Translations under genes and position numbers: made by a program
Notes under the pieces: model-generated
Database searches by the model: none
What the model was told of the DNA's origin: nothing
The model's input: only the letters and a program-made list of their open reading frames with translations
NCBI GenBank assembly: GCA_035193785.1
Contig: CP136572.1
Coordinates: forward strand, 4,884,578-4,948,577
Reading direction: 5' to 3'
Source of the DNA: Planktothrix sp. GU0601_MAG3
Lineage (GTDB): Bacteria; Cyanobacteriota; Cyanobacteriia; Cyanobacteriales; Microcoleaceae
DNA length: 64,000 nucleotides
Shown here: positions 10,186 to 22,240 of the stretch, piece after piece
How positions within the stretch are numbered: position 1 is the stretch's first letter
How the letters are laid out: each line of letters opens with the position of its first letter

Positions 10186-10401
10186 ATGAAAGAAACAATT
10201 ACAGTCAAAGTTAATGGGGAATTAAAAACCTGTTCTTCGGGGTTAAAACTTCCCCAATTTTTACAACAACAAGGTTTAAATGCCCGTTTAATTGCCATAG
10301 AATATAATGGTGAAATTCTCCATCACCAATTCTGGGAAACTACCGAAATCCAACCTGGGGATATCTTAGAAATAGTAACTATTGTGGGCGGGGGAATCTA
10401 A
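10186..10401 (+). CDS. thiS: Sulfur carrier protein ThiS
   Basis: VNGE start, EIVTIVGGG end, follows thiE. Confidence 0.93.
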   Translation: MKETITVKVNGELKTCSSGLKLPQFLQQQGLNARLIAIEYNGEILHHQFWETTEIQPGDILEIVTIVGGGI

Positions 10402-10426
10402 ACGGGTTTTCCCTGCACGCTATGGC

Positions 10427-10495
10427 ATTACCCATTACCCATTACCCATTACCCATTACCCATTCCCCATTCCCAATTCCCAATTCCCCATTCCC
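10427..10495. repeat. STRR heptamers (ATTACCC/ATTCCCA) between convergent genes
   Basis: Tandem copies visible. Confidence 0.85.
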
Positions 10496-10500
10496 TACTT

Positions 10501-11347
10501 TTAAGGTTTTATTTTTAATAATCCTTGGGTGGGACTGAATAAAAATGCCAAGACAAATAATCCAAATGTTACTAATACAATGGCTGGGCCAGAAGGGAGG
10601 TTATAAAAGTAACTGAGGTACATTCCGCTAATACTAGAAATTACCCCAATTATTACTCCTAATATCATAACTAAATGCAGACGTTCTACTAATAAATAAG
10701 CCGTGGCTGCGGGGGTAATTAATAGGGATAATACCAGGATGACACCGACGGCTTTTAAACTGGCAACAATGGTTAGGGCAATTAATCCCATTAATCCTAA
10801 ATTCAGCAGGTTAACGGGTAAACCTGTGGCCTCAGCACCCAGGGGATCGAAGGTATAAAACAGGAGTTCTTTATAGATTAGGGTGACTACAGTTAGGATA
10901 ATTATGGCAATAATAAATGTATCCCTAACGTCCTCTGTTGTGACTCCGAGAATATTACCAAATAGAAAATGATTTAAGTCGATTTTATTGTCTTTTTGAA
11001 CTAAGGTAATTAGGGTGATGCCGAATGCAAAGAAGGCAGAAAACACAATTCCCATCGCGGCATCTTCTTTAATTCGAGAATAGGTTTCTAATTATATTCA
11101 TGCAAAGGGTACTTAAAATTCCGGCAACAAATGCCCCGACAAACATATTACCATTGAGGATAAATGCGATCGCTAAACCGGGTAAAACCGAATGACTAAT
11201 AGCATCTCCTAATAATGCCAGTCTTTGCACCATTAAATAGCTACCGACAACGGCACAAATAATTCCTACTAAAATCGCTATGGTTAGCGATCGCTGCATA
11301 AAACCATATTGCAAAGGTTCAATTAAAAGATTAATCATTATTCCCAA
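10501..11347 (-). CDS. Mn/Zn/Fe ABC-3 permease (MntB-like); apparent +1 error at 11084
   Basis: LLGDAISHSVLPG, KEDAAMG, LFGNILG, VGVILV..LLITPAATA. Confidence 0.9.
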
Positions 11348-11353
11348 TTCATA

Positions 11354-11391
11354 ATTCGTAATTCGTAATTCGTAATTCGTAATTCGTAATT
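11354..11391. repeat. STRR (AATTCGT)n
   Basis: About 5 tandem copies; reverse complement of the GAATTAC family. Confidence 0.85.
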
Positions 11392-11414
11392 CCTATATTC
11401 AAGGGGGGATTGTA

Positions 11415-13254
11415 TTAAGCAACAGGGGCGCGTTCAGGAACAATAAAGGTTCGCTCCCCCGACAATTCAAAGATTTCGTGAACCGCTTTTAAAGCTTCTA
11501 TGCCTTGGTCTTCATCCACCAAACAACTGATTTTAATTTCAGAAGTAGCAATCATGGAAATATTAATATTTTTGTTAGCTAAAGCCTGAAACATTTTAGC
11601 AGCAACTCCTGGATGATGTAACATTCCCGAACCCACAACACTGAGTTTAGCAATGGATTTATTCACAACAATTTCACCACAGCCTAATTCAGATACGGCC
11701 TGTTCTAAAATCTGTTGAGATTCATCTGCGTCTCCCTGGGCAACGGTAAAAGCAATATCTCGGGTTAAAATCCCATTAATTTGATGACAGCGTTGGGATT
11801 GAATAATCATATCCACGCTAATATTATGTTCGGCTAAAAGAGAGAATATTTTTGCCGCCATCCCCGGACGATCGGGAATATAACGAATGGCTAAACGGGC
11901 TTGTTTAATATCTAATGCCACCCCACGCACGGGGGGTAAAGATTGATCAATTAGGAGTTTTTCTGGTGCAGAATTACCGGATTGTTTTTCGGAAATATCC
12001 ACCTCACAGGATTGACATAAAGCTGCCACAGCCCGTTCACAATCTTCAGCGGCAATCACGCAACTAACCTTAACTTCTGAAGTCGAAATCATCTGAATAT
12101 TAATTCCGGCTTGGGCGAGGGTATTAAACATTTGAGCGGCAACTTTAGGCCGACCAATCATTCCGGCTCCCACAATACTAACCTTAGCAATGGGAGTGTC
12201 ATCTCCGGTGACTTCAGCATCACCAATATTGGAACTATTGGGTTTTCCTAAAACGGGTAATAAGGCGTCGGCAACGGCGATCGCTTTATTAAAATATTTC
12301 CGTTCTACGGTAAAAGTAATATCATTAATATTGCCTTCGTGAATTGATTGGATAATCAAATCAACATCTAAATTTTGTAAAGCAATTCCGCCGAATAATT
12401 TAGCAGCAATTCCGGGGCGATCGGGTATTCTTAATAAAGAAACCGCCGATTGATCCGTATCAAATTCGACTCCATCTACCGGACGAGCTAATTCTAAGCC
12501 TTCTAAGGGTCGAGGTTGGGATTTTGGAGGAATAACTTTGGTTCCAGGATCATCCGTCCAACTGGAACGGACTACTAAAGAAACCCCATAATTTCGGGCT
12601 ATTTCTACGGCGCGAGGATGCAAAACTTTCGCCCCTAAACTGGCGAGTTCTAACATTTCATCACAGGTAATTTCTGTCATTAATTGGGCATTGGGAACCA
12701 AGCGGGGATCGGTGGTTAAAATCCCTGGAACGTCGGTATAAATTTCACATAAATCCGCTTTTAAAGCCGCCGCTAAAGCCACCGCCGAGGTATCAGAACC
12801 GCCCCTTCCTAGGGTAGTAATTTCTAAATCATCTTGACTACTAACCCCCTGAAATCCAGCGATAACTACCACTTGTCCTTGATTTAAGTGACGTTCTATG
12901 CGTTCAGTTTCAATATTTAAAATTCGGGCGCGAGTATGTTCAGCCTCGGTGACAATTCCTACTTGAGCACCAGTTAAAGAAATCGCAGGTTGTCCTAATT
13001 CCTGCAATGCCATACTTAATAAAGCAATACTGACTTGTTCTCCGGTTGAGAGTAACATATCCATCTCTCGACGGTTAGGAATCGGAGAAATTTGTTGGGC
13101 TAAACCAACTAATTGATCTGTGGTTTTTCCCATAGCAGAAAGAACGACAACCACTTGATGATCTTGGGCTGTTTTTAATACCCGTTGAGCAACAGATTGA
13201 ATGCGTTCAACGGAAACCGACAGAACTACCACCGTATTTTTGAATAATTAGCAT
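11415..13254 (-). CDS. lysC: Aspartate kinase (cyanobacterial form with four ACT domains); apparent +1 error at 13213
   Basis: Restored start [34 protein letters not shown], two ISTSEV/ATSEIK ACT pairs. Confidence 0.95.
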
Positions 13255-13573
13255 ATTAACTTCAGAGTTAGAAATTGGGATTTGACAATTAAACTAATTT
13301 AAGATTAGGTTGAATCAACCTATTGTATTCTACAGGAAAATAGGAGAAAATCAGCCCCAAGTTTGAAAAAATATTTCAGGGAATCTTGACATAAAGGAGA
13401 TGGAAGTTGGGATTTGGGATGATAATATCATAACACAGAGAAAGGAAACCCAGATTATTTGATGATCTAAGTTGCCAAATATTTATATTTTTTATATAAC
13501 TTATTGGCTCCCACTGAGGTTTTCCTATTTTATTATTTTAGATAGAGACAACATCATTAATCTTGAATACCCA

Positions 13574-16344
13574 ATGTTTCAAAAACTTCCCCTTCGCTTT
13601 ATTTTGATTGTTCCATTTGTCTTACAAATTTTTGCTGCGGTTAGTTTAACGGGCTATTTATCCCTAAAAAATGGTCAGAAGGCAGTAAATAATTTAGCAA
13701 CTCAGTTACAAAATGAAGTCAGTAATCGCATTTATCAACACTTAAATAGTTATCTTTCTATTGCACCACAACTAAATCAATTAAATGCTCATACGATCGC
13801 AATTGGAACCATTAACCCTAATGATTTAACTCAAATAGGCAGGTTATTTTGGCAACAGCGCGTTACCTTTAATATTGGTTATGTATTGTTTGGAACACCT
13901 ACGGGAAAATTTTCTAGTATTGGTAATTATTTTGGGGATAAAAGAATTACCTTCGATACCGTAAATTATCAAGCTTACGGTAGTTCTTTGATGCACACCT
14001 ACCAAATGAATAGCAAGGGAGAACCCACACAACTTGTATTAAAAAGTGATCAAGATTATTTATTTCAAAAAGAGGGATGGTATGTCGCCGGAGCCAAATT
14101 AGGAAAACCTACCTGGAGTAAAGTTTATAACTGGGAAGTTGAACCATTTCCCCTGTCTATTGCCGCCAGTTATCCCTTATTTAATGATAATAATAAATTA
14201 ACCGGGGTCTTGGGCGTAGAAATGCGCTTATCCCAAGTGAGTGATTTTTTACAAAAATTTAAAGTGAGTGCTTCCGGTCAAACTTTCATTATAGAACGGA
14301 ATGGATTACTAATTGCGAGTTCCAGTGCTGAAGAACCTTTTCTGATTAAACCCGGACAAAGACCGCAACGATTAAAAGCCACAGATATTCAACAACCTTT
14401 AATTAAAGCTACAGCAAATTATTTAGGATCACAGATTAAAGATTTTCAAACTATTGAAACAACTCAAAACCTCAAATTTTCTTGGAATCATAATCAACAA
14501 TTTGTGAAAATTACCCCTTGGCGAGATCAGTTGGGGTTAGATTGGTTAGTGGTTGTGGTGGTTTCCAGAATCAGATTTTATGGCGGAAATTGAGGCGAAT
14601 ACTCGGACTACAATTTTTCTATGTTTCGGAGCGTTAATATTAGCAACCCTATCGGGAATTTATACCACCCGTCGAATTACTCAACCGATTTTACGCTTGA
14701 GTTCTGCATCGGAAACCATTGCACAAGAAGCTAAACAAGGGTTTAGGGGTGACTTAGTTAAACCCAGGGTAGAAGAACCAAAAATTAAAGAATTGGGAGT
14801 TTTAGCCCATGCTTTTAATCAAATGATTCAACAGTTACAAGATGCTTTTGTTACCTTAGAACAGACAAATAAGGCTTTAGAAAAACGGGTGGAAGAACGC
14901 ACTATTGAACTAAAAACCGCCAAGGAAAAAGCGGACGCTGCCAATCAAGCAAAAAGTGAATTTTTAGCTAATATGAGCCATGAATTACGCACTCCCTTAA
15001 ACGGAATTTTGGGTTATGCTCAGATTTTACAACAATTAGAGCCTCTGACGGCTAAAGGACAGAAAGGGGTGGGAGTTATTCAACAATGTGGCTATCATTT
15101 ATTAACCCTAATTAATGATGTTTTAGATCTGTCTAAAATTGAAGCTCGCAAAATGGAACTTTACCCTTCGGATTTTCATTTCCCAGCATTTTTAGAAGGG
15201 GTAGTCGAAATTTGTAATATCAAAGCTGAACAGAAAAAAATTAAGTTTAATTATCGACCCCAAGAGGGTCTTCCGATTGGAATTAAAGCCGATGAAAAAC
15301 GTCTGAGACAAGTATTAATTAATTTATTAGGAAATGCAATTAAATTTACGGATAAAGGTAGTGTAACCTTTTCAATTCAAGCCATATTCATCCCCCAAAC
15401 TTCTATATATCGCCTACACTTTCAAATTAAAGATACTGGAGTTGGGATGAGTTCGGAACAATTATCCCGAATTTTTCTGCCCTTTGAACAAGTAGGAGAA
15501 ACCAGTAAAAATGCCGAGGGGACAGGTTTAGGATTAGCGATTAGTAAACAAATTGTTTCTTTAATGGGAAGCCAACTTCAGGTACAAAGTCAAGAGGGAC
15601 AAGGAAGTATTTTCTGGTTTGATGTAGAATTATCAGAAGCCAAAGAATGGGCAAATACCTCTCGCAATATTCAGACAGGAAGCGTTAGTGGATATCAAGG
15701 AGAACGAAGAACTATTTTAGTTGTGGATGATAATTGGGCAAATCGTTTCTGTGATTGTGAACTTATTAGAACCGATTGGATTTAAAGTTATAGAAACAAA
15801 TAATGGTCAGGAAGGATTGCAGCAGGCGATCGCAATTCTCCCGGATTTAATTATTACTGATTTGGCTATGCCTGTGATGGATGGGTTGGCATTAATTAAT
15901 CTGTTACGTCAATCGCCAAAACTAAAAGATATTGTGGTAATTGCTTCCTCTGCTAGTGTATTTGATACTGATCAACACCGCAGTTTAGATGCGGGGGCTA
16001 ATGGGTTTTTACCTAAACCAATTTCAGCTAATTTATTACTAGATTTATTGCAAGTTCATCTAAAATTGGAGTGGATTTATATTTCCTCTGAACCTCCCGC
16101 TAAAAATATGAATCAATCCGTAGATACTCAACCCGAAAATCCAAAAATTCCGGTTGAAATCCTATCCAGATTATATGAATTAGCCCAAGAAGGAGATGTA
16201 GATGGTATACTGGCAGAAGTGGATCTGGTTGAAACAAATTATCCAGTTTATTCTGCCTTTACTCAAGAAGTTATCCAGCTTACAGAAAACTTTCAACTCA
16301 AAAAGTTGCGAGAGTTATTGAGTGAAACCCTCAGCCAATCTTAA
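13574..16344 (+). CDS. Hybrid sensor histidine kinase (Cache-HAMP-HisKA-HATPase-REC); apparent +1 errors at 14561 and 15745
   Basis: [35 protein letters not shown]...DLAMP. Confidence 0.92.
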
Positions 16345-16393
16345 ACCCTTAATTTTTTCTGTAAAATCAAAATAAAATCTCCTACTTTTATCC

Positions 16394-17672
16394 ATGAAAG
16401 ACCTTGATTTTATCCTAATTGTTGATGACAACCCTACCAATTTATCGGTCTTATCCCAAACCTTAAAGGGTGCAGGATTTGCCGTGCGAGTAGCTGAAGA
16501 TGGAGAAAGTGCTTTACAATTAGTTGAACGGAAACAACCCACCCTAATTTTATTAGATGTACAAATGCCTGGTATTGATGGGTTTGAAACTTGCAAAAAA
16601 TTAAAAGCCGATCCAAAAAACCAAGAAATTCCGATTATTTTTTTAACGGCTTTAACGGATGTTAAAAATAAAGTCAAAGGACTTTCTTTAGGGGCGGTTG
16701 ATTATATTTCTAAACCCTTTGAACAGGAGGAGGTTTTAGCTCGAGTTCGGGTGCATTTACAACTCAAAAATTTAACGGAAACCCTAGAACAACGGGTGGC
16801 GGAAAGAACGGCAGTTTTAGAACAAGCTCAAGTTCAATTAGTTCAACAAGAAAAACTTTCAAGTCTGGGACAATTAGTGACAGGAATTGCCCATGAAATG
16901 AATAATCCGATTAGTTGTATTGTTAATAATATTCCCCCAGCCCAGGAATACTTTAGGGATATCAACCATATTTTAAATTTGTGTAAAACCCATTATCAGC
17001 AGCTACCAAAATCATTACAAAATGCCATAATTGCGGCGGATTTAGATTTTGTTTTAGATGATTTAAACAAACTGCTAACTTCCATAAAATTAAGCACTAC
17101 TCGCATCCAAGATATTTCCATCTCTTTAAGAAATTTTGCCCGTTTCTGACTCCTCAACTAAGGTTTTATTTGATATTCATGAAGGGATTGATAGCACCCT
17201 GTTAATTTTGAGTCATCGCTTCAAAGCATTAGGAGAAAGATCTGCTATTGAATTAGTTAAAGAATATGGTGATTTACCGCTTATTGAGTGTTATCCTGGG
17301 CAATTGAATCAAGTTTTTATGAATATTTTGGCAAATGCTATTGACGCCTTGGAAGAAGCGGATAACGATGGACTGTTTAACCATCGTATTCCTAGGATCA
17401 AAGTTCAAACGATGCAACCCGAACCCCAATCAATTTCCATTAAAATTTCTGATAATGGAATTGGGATGACTGAGGAAATTAGCCAGCGAGTTTTTGAACC
17501 TTTATTTACGACCAAATCTATCGGTCATGGAACTGGATTAGGATTACTCATTGTTAATCAAATTATTGAAAAACATCAGGGTAAATTGAATCTGTATTCA
17601 ACTCCAGGACAGGGTACAACATTAGAAATTATACTTCCGATTATTAGTTTTTTAGGTGAGATATCGGAGTAA
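16394..17672 (+). CDS. REC-histidine kinase hybrid; apparent +1 error at 17142
   Basis: IVDDNP, LLDVQMP, GIAHEMNNP, QVFMNILANAID, GTGLGL. Confidence 0.92.
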
Positions 17673-17689
17673 AATATTAATATTTGCTT

Positions 17690-17833
17690 TGTCCCAACCT
17701 CTTTAAATTCAGAACTGCCTAAAAAGTATTGATTATAAAAATAATATAAAATTACTCGATCAGATTGCAGTTGAGTTCTGAGTTTATCCAGTTCTGTTGA
17801 TAATTGTATCATAAACTGATAATATTGAGCCAA
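17690..17833 (-). pseudogene. Possible N-terminal remnant of a small GAF protein
   Basis: LRTQLQSDRVILYYFY resembles cyanobacterial GAF starts; similarity is lost afterwards. Confidence 0.35.
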
Positions 17834-17884
17834 TGAATGATCGAAAGTAAATTAAATTTTAGCTTTTATTTGGATTTCCAGCTT

Positions 17885-18677
17885 ATGCTAACGGCCGAAC
17901 AACAAAAGGAATTATTGATTCAACTTTCTCAATCAATTGCCAAGTTGGGTATTCAATTTCTCATAGCAGTTCTGATCCTAATAATGGGTCTGTGGTTGGC
18001 AAAAATTATCCAAAATTTAACTAAAAGTCTGATGATTAAGGCTCAAGTTGAGCCCACCCTAATTAGATTTTTTGTTAACTTAATTTACATGGCGACGGTT
18101 ACCTTTGTGGTTTTAACTGCCCTGGGAAAGTTGGGATTGAAAACCACATCCTTTGTAGCAGTTTTAGGCGCCGCCGGGTTAGCTATTGGTTTGTCTTTGC
18201 AGGGGTCTTTATCTAATTTTGCTTCGGGTGTATTTATGATTTTTTTCCGCCCCTTCAAAGTCCATGATTATATTGAAGGGGGGGGAGTAGAGGGAATAGT
18301 TGAGGAAATCCAAATTTTTACTACCTTGTTAAAAACACCCGATAATAAAACAATTATTATTCCCAATAGTAAGCTCTACGGAGATAAAATAGTAAATCAC
18401 TCAATTCAACCGATCCGGCGGGTTGATATTAGGTTAAATTTTAGTTATCAGACTAATCTGGATCAGGTTAGAGAACTTTTTAAGACTTTGGTTAAAACTG
18501 ATTCACGGATTTTATTAGAAACCGATACCGGATATTGAGATTCAGGAAATAGCTGCGGGTGGGATTAAAACTTTATTAACGGTTTGGGTGGTTAATTCTG
18601 ACTATTTTCGGGTACGTTCTGACCTGAATCAACGGCTGAAACAAAGCTTAGACGGAGATGAGATTCAATTGGTTTGA
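17885..18677 (+). CDS. mscS: Small-conductance mechanosensitive channel; apparent +1 error at 18518
   Basis: GAAGLAIGLSLQGSLSNFASG, RPFKV.D.I, IPNS. Confidence 0.9.
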
Positions 18678-18758
18678 TCCATTTGTTGTCAAGGTGCGAT
18701 CGCAAAAATTGGAATTATTTGTGCTATAACTACCCATAACAGTTAGGCAAACTAAAAT

Positions 18759-18902
18759 ATGGCATCCGACTTAGATCGTGGAATTATGAAGTTTAAAGGG
18801 GCGGACAGTCCCACGGCAATTATTATTTCTTCTGTGCTGGTTTTGGGAGGTATCGGCGTTCTAGTTTGGTGGGCACTGCAAACAGCCTATTCTCTGTCTT
18901 GA
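18759..18902 (+). CDS. ndhQ: NDH-1 small subunit NdhQ (47 aa; not in the ORF track)
   Basis: MASDLDRGIMKFKGADSPTAIIISSVLVLGGIGVLVWWALQTAYSLS matches the NdhQ pattern (RGIMKF.GADSP...WWAL.TAY). Confidence 0.88.
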   Translation: MASDLDRGIMKFKGADSPTAIIISSVLVLGGIGVLVWWALQTAYSLS

Positions 18903-19079
18903 TCAGGAACTATAACGGAGATTGATATTAAAAGGTCAATCTCCATTAATATTTTAGCAACTGGGTTTCTTGCAGAAATCCAGTTTTTTTTGCTTCTAAC
19001 TGTGGGAAAAGGGTTATATTAAGATCACAGAGGTGCGATTAATCTTCGTCGCAAGTCTAGCCAAAGAAAGGAAAATAGT

Positions 19080-19988
19080 ATGTTTGAAATTAAACAAGGG
19101 TTATTTCAGTTTGAATTTATGGATAATCACGGGATTTTAGGGGTTTCCCTAGAGGCCGAATTTGACGATATTCGCAAACGCTATATGCAGATTGCCCGGC
19201 GTTTACATCCCGATACCTGTCCCTTTGAGAACCCCCAAGATCGAGAGTTAGCTAAACAATTATTAGCTAAATTAGTCAGTCCAGCCTATAATCAGTTTTC
19301 TAAGGAAGCTGAACGGAAGGAATATACACTGCTATTAAAAACCATTGGCGATCGCATCGTTAAAGAACAACATAACCTCAAACCCCAAACCGAATCTGCT
19401 CAAAAACTTCTCCAAGCCTCCGATTATCAAAATGCCTATGAAAGCGCAATTAAAGAGTTAGCAAAACATCAATATGAATCCCCGGAAAAGGTCTTAGATA
19501 TTACCGGGGAAATTAGTGAGTTAAACCTGGTTTATTTGCTGCGTAAAAATCAAAAAGGTGCCGCGCCTCCATCTCCTAAAGTTCCCGAAACAACCTCCAC
19601 CTCCCACTCAGTAACACCCAAAAAAGATTCCTTTGTGGAACAAGCCTGTCACCGTGCCGAACAGTTAATTGCTAGTCAGAACTATCCCCAAGCTGCTTCA
19701 GAATTAAAAGATGCCATTAAACGGCAACCTGATAATAGTCGTTGTCATGGTTTATTGGGGTTAGTTTATGTCAAACAAAATCAACCTAAACTAGCTACTC
19801 CCCATATTAATCGAGCCTTAGAACTTGATCCCAAACAACCCCAAGCCCTAGAAGCCAAAAAAGAACTAGAAAAACCCACAGCCCCCGCCGGGACAAAATC
19901 TAAAACCGCTCAACAAACGGCTAAAAAATCCGATAAATCCTCCGGTGGTGGGTTATTTGGGGGTTTATTTGGCGGCAAGAAAAAATAG
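19080..19988 (+). CDS. J-domain plus TPR protein
   Basis: IARRLHPD J motif, C-terminal TPRs, GGLFGG.KK tail. Confidence 0.88.
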   Translation: MFEIKQGLFQFEFMDNHGILGVSLEAEFDDIRKRYMQIARRLHPDTCPFENPQDRELAKQLLAKLVSPAYNQFSKEAERKEYTLLLKTIGDRIVKEQHNLKPQTESAQKLLQASDYQNAYESAIKELAKHQYESPEKVLDITGEISELNLVYLLRKNQKGAAPPSPKVPETTSTSHSVTPKKDSFVEQACHRAEQLIASQNYPQAASELKDAIKRQPDNSRCHGLLGLVYVKQNQPKLATPHINRALELDPKQPQALEAKKELEKPTAPAGTKSKTAQQTAKKSDKSSGGGLFGGLFGGKKK

Positions 19989-20045
19989 AAATGATCGCAC
20001 CCAGGGGCATCGAATAAAAAGGTATTAAAGCTGTTTAACTAAATC

Positions 20046-20307
20046 ATGTCTAAACTCACGGGTTTATCATCTTCTAAAATCGGACTAACTTGGTTAATTG
20101 TGGCAGCTATTGTCACCATTATTTTATATAGCAATCCTAAATAGGTTGTAACATTTCAATACTGATATGAAACAGTCAGAAGTATTACCCCAGATCCGGT
20201 GTTCCCTGTTCCCTTTTGATCAGGAATTTTGAACACAACTCAAATAGGATTGCTATAGTTTAATTTTTGGGGTGAGTTTGAAGATCGCCTATGGCTCCAA
20301 TAATTAA
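20046..20307 (+). pseudogene. 44-aa single-TM protein interrupted by a MITE-like element
   Basis: Removing 20131-20257 gives MSKLTGLSSSKIGLTWLIVAAIVTIILYSLIFGVSLKIAYGSNN*. Confidence 0.55.
20127..20257. mobile_element. MITE-like element, ~131 bp, with imperfect terminal inverted repeats and TATA at both ends
   Basis: tatagcaatcctaaataggttgt ... acaactcaaataggattgctata; no ORF inside. Confidence 0.75.
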
Positions 20308-20417
20308 AAATCACAGTTTTAATTAATTTTTAGTCCGTGGGTAACAGAATAGGGTATGGTAAAGAAAGTTACAAATTTATCGGTTTGTAACTCTATGTTA
20401 ATTCTTAATTCTCTAGT

Positions 20418-21650
20418 ATGGTTTATCAACCCCCATCGGGTGCGCGAGATTTACTTCCCCTCGATGTTGCTCAAAAAATTTGGATTGAACGGCGCTTACA
20501 ACAGGTATTTCACCGTTGGGGCTATCATCGAATTATTACCTCCACCTTAGAACGGTTGGACACCCTGATGGCTGGAGGGGCGGTACAACCCTCAACCGTA
20601 ATTCAACTGCAAGATGCCGAAAATCAGGGTCTAGGACTGCGCCCCGAATTAACCGCATCCATCGCCAGGGCCATTGCGACTCGCATGGCGAAGCTACCAT
20701 CATGGCCCCAACGCCTCTATTACAATGCCAATGTCTTCCGCAAAGGTAAAGCCCTTGATCACGGACAACAGTTAGAATTTTATCAAGCCGGGGTGGAACT
20801 TTTGGGCGCTGCTGGGTTACGCGCCGATTCGGAAATTCTGTTATTGTTGCGGGACTGTCTGCAAAGTTTGGAGTTAAATAATGCCGATTTAATTGTGGGA
20901 GAAGCGGGTTTAACTCAATCGTTATTATCACCTTTTCCAACTAAAGAACGGGAAAAAGTTAGAACGGCGATCGCTAATTTAGATAGAATTGGTTTAGAAT
21001 CCCTATCACTTTCTTCAGAACTTCGAGAGCGTGCGTTATTTTTATTTGATTTACGCGGCCGTCCCGAAACCGTATTATCCCAAGTTTCTCAACTAGATTT
21101 AGATCCCAACCAACGGCAAGCAGTTAATAACCTAAAATCCTTAATGGAACTATTGCAAAAATGTTGGGAAAATTCCGAAATTCAACCCTCAATTACCCTG
21201 GATTTAAGTTTAGTTCAAACCTTTGATTATTACACCGGAATTGTATTTATTGCCGTGAGTGATACCGCATCGGGAACCCGGGTATTAGGACAGGGCGGAC
21301 GTTATGACCAACTTCTAGGACTATACCATCCCCAAGGACAAACCGAACCCGGAATTGGGTTTTCTTTAAATATTGAAAACCTGCATCAAGTATTATTAGG
21401 ACGGGGTGAACTCCCCCATAAAACCCCCGCCAGTGATTGGTTAGTCGTCCCTCAAACCTCCCAAGCCGATGCAGCCGCCTTTGCCTATGCTAGTCAGTTA
21501 AGGCAGTCTGGTGAGTTAGTGCGGGTGGAAGTGGAGTTAGGGCGTCGGGAAACCCCCGAAGATATCCGCGACTATGCCCGACGTCGAGGCATTGATCAAA
21601 TTGCTTGGGTTAATGTTGAGGGAAACCCAACAATTGAAAAAATTGTCTAA
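20418..21650 (+). CDS. hisZ: ATP phosphoribosyltransferase regulatory subunit
   Basis: PPSGARDLLP, LRPELTASIAR, EFYQAGVEL, DYYTG, GGRYD. Confidence 0.93.
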   Translation: MVYQPPSGARDLLPLDVAQKIWIERRLQQVFHRWGYHRIITSTLERLDTLMAGGAVQPSTVIQLQDAENQGLGLRPELTASIARAIATRMAKLPSWPQRLYYNANVFRKGKALDHGQQLEFYQAGVELLGAAGLRADSEILLLLRDCLQSLELNNADLIVGEAGLTQSLLSPFPTKEREKVRTAIANLDRIGLESLSLSSELRERALFLFDLRGRPETVLSQVSQLDLDPNQRQAVNNLKSLMELLQKCWENSEIQPSITLDLSLVQTFDYYTGIVFIAVSDTASGTRVLGQGGRYDQLLGLYHPQGQTEPGIGFSLNIENLHQVLLGRGELPHKTPASDWLVVPQTSQADAAAFAYASQLRQSGELVRVEVELGRRETPEDIRDYARRRGIDQIAWVNVEGNPTIEKIV

Positions 21651-21791
21651 TTGTGGAGTCGGTAAATTGTGGAATATTTCTAATTAATTTTAGGATAACA
21701 GTTTCACCTACTCTATCATTTTATCCCTGGCAAACTTGTCAGCTATTAAAAAGCATCAACCGCCTTATTTTCAAGTAGGAGAAAACTAACC

Positions 21792-22019
21792 ATGCCCCAT
21801 AGTATTGTCACTAATATTTGTGAAGGTGTCGCCGATTGTGTGGCGGCTTGTCCCGTTGCCTGTATTCATGAAGGGCCAGAAAAAAATATCAAAGGCACTG
21901 ATTGGTATTGGATTGATTTTTCTACCTGTATTGACTGCGGAATTTGTCTACAAGTTTGCCCCGTTGAAGGAGCAATTGTAGCAGAAGAACGCCCCGAATT
22001 ACAGAAAACTCCCCAATAA
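21792..22019 (+). CDS. 4Fe-4S dicluster ferredoxin
   Basis: CEGVADCVAACP and CIDCGICLQVCP. Confidence 0.92.
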   Translation: MPHSIVTNICEGVADCVAACPVACIHEGPEKNIKGTDWYWIDFSTCIDCGICLQVCPVEGAIVAEERPELQKTPQ

Positions 22020-22021
22020 AA

Positions 22022-22208
22022 GGGTAATGGGTAATGGGTAATGGGTAATAGGTAATGGGTAATGGGTAATAGTTTACTCCCCCTGCCTCCCCCTGCTCCC
22101 CCTGCTCCCCCTGCTCCCCCTGCCTCCCCTGCCTCCCCTGCTCCCCCTGCCTCCCCTGCTCCCCCTGCCTCCCCTGCCTCCCCTGCCTCCCCTACTCCCC
22201 CTGCTCCC
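22022..22208. repeat. STRR (GGGTAAT)n followed by 9-mer (CCCCTGCTC/CCCCTGCCT)n
   Basis: Tandem copies visible in the intergenic region. Confidence 0.92.
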
Positions 22209-22240
22209 TCTCTCAACTCTGAAAAATCTAATGATTTAAT

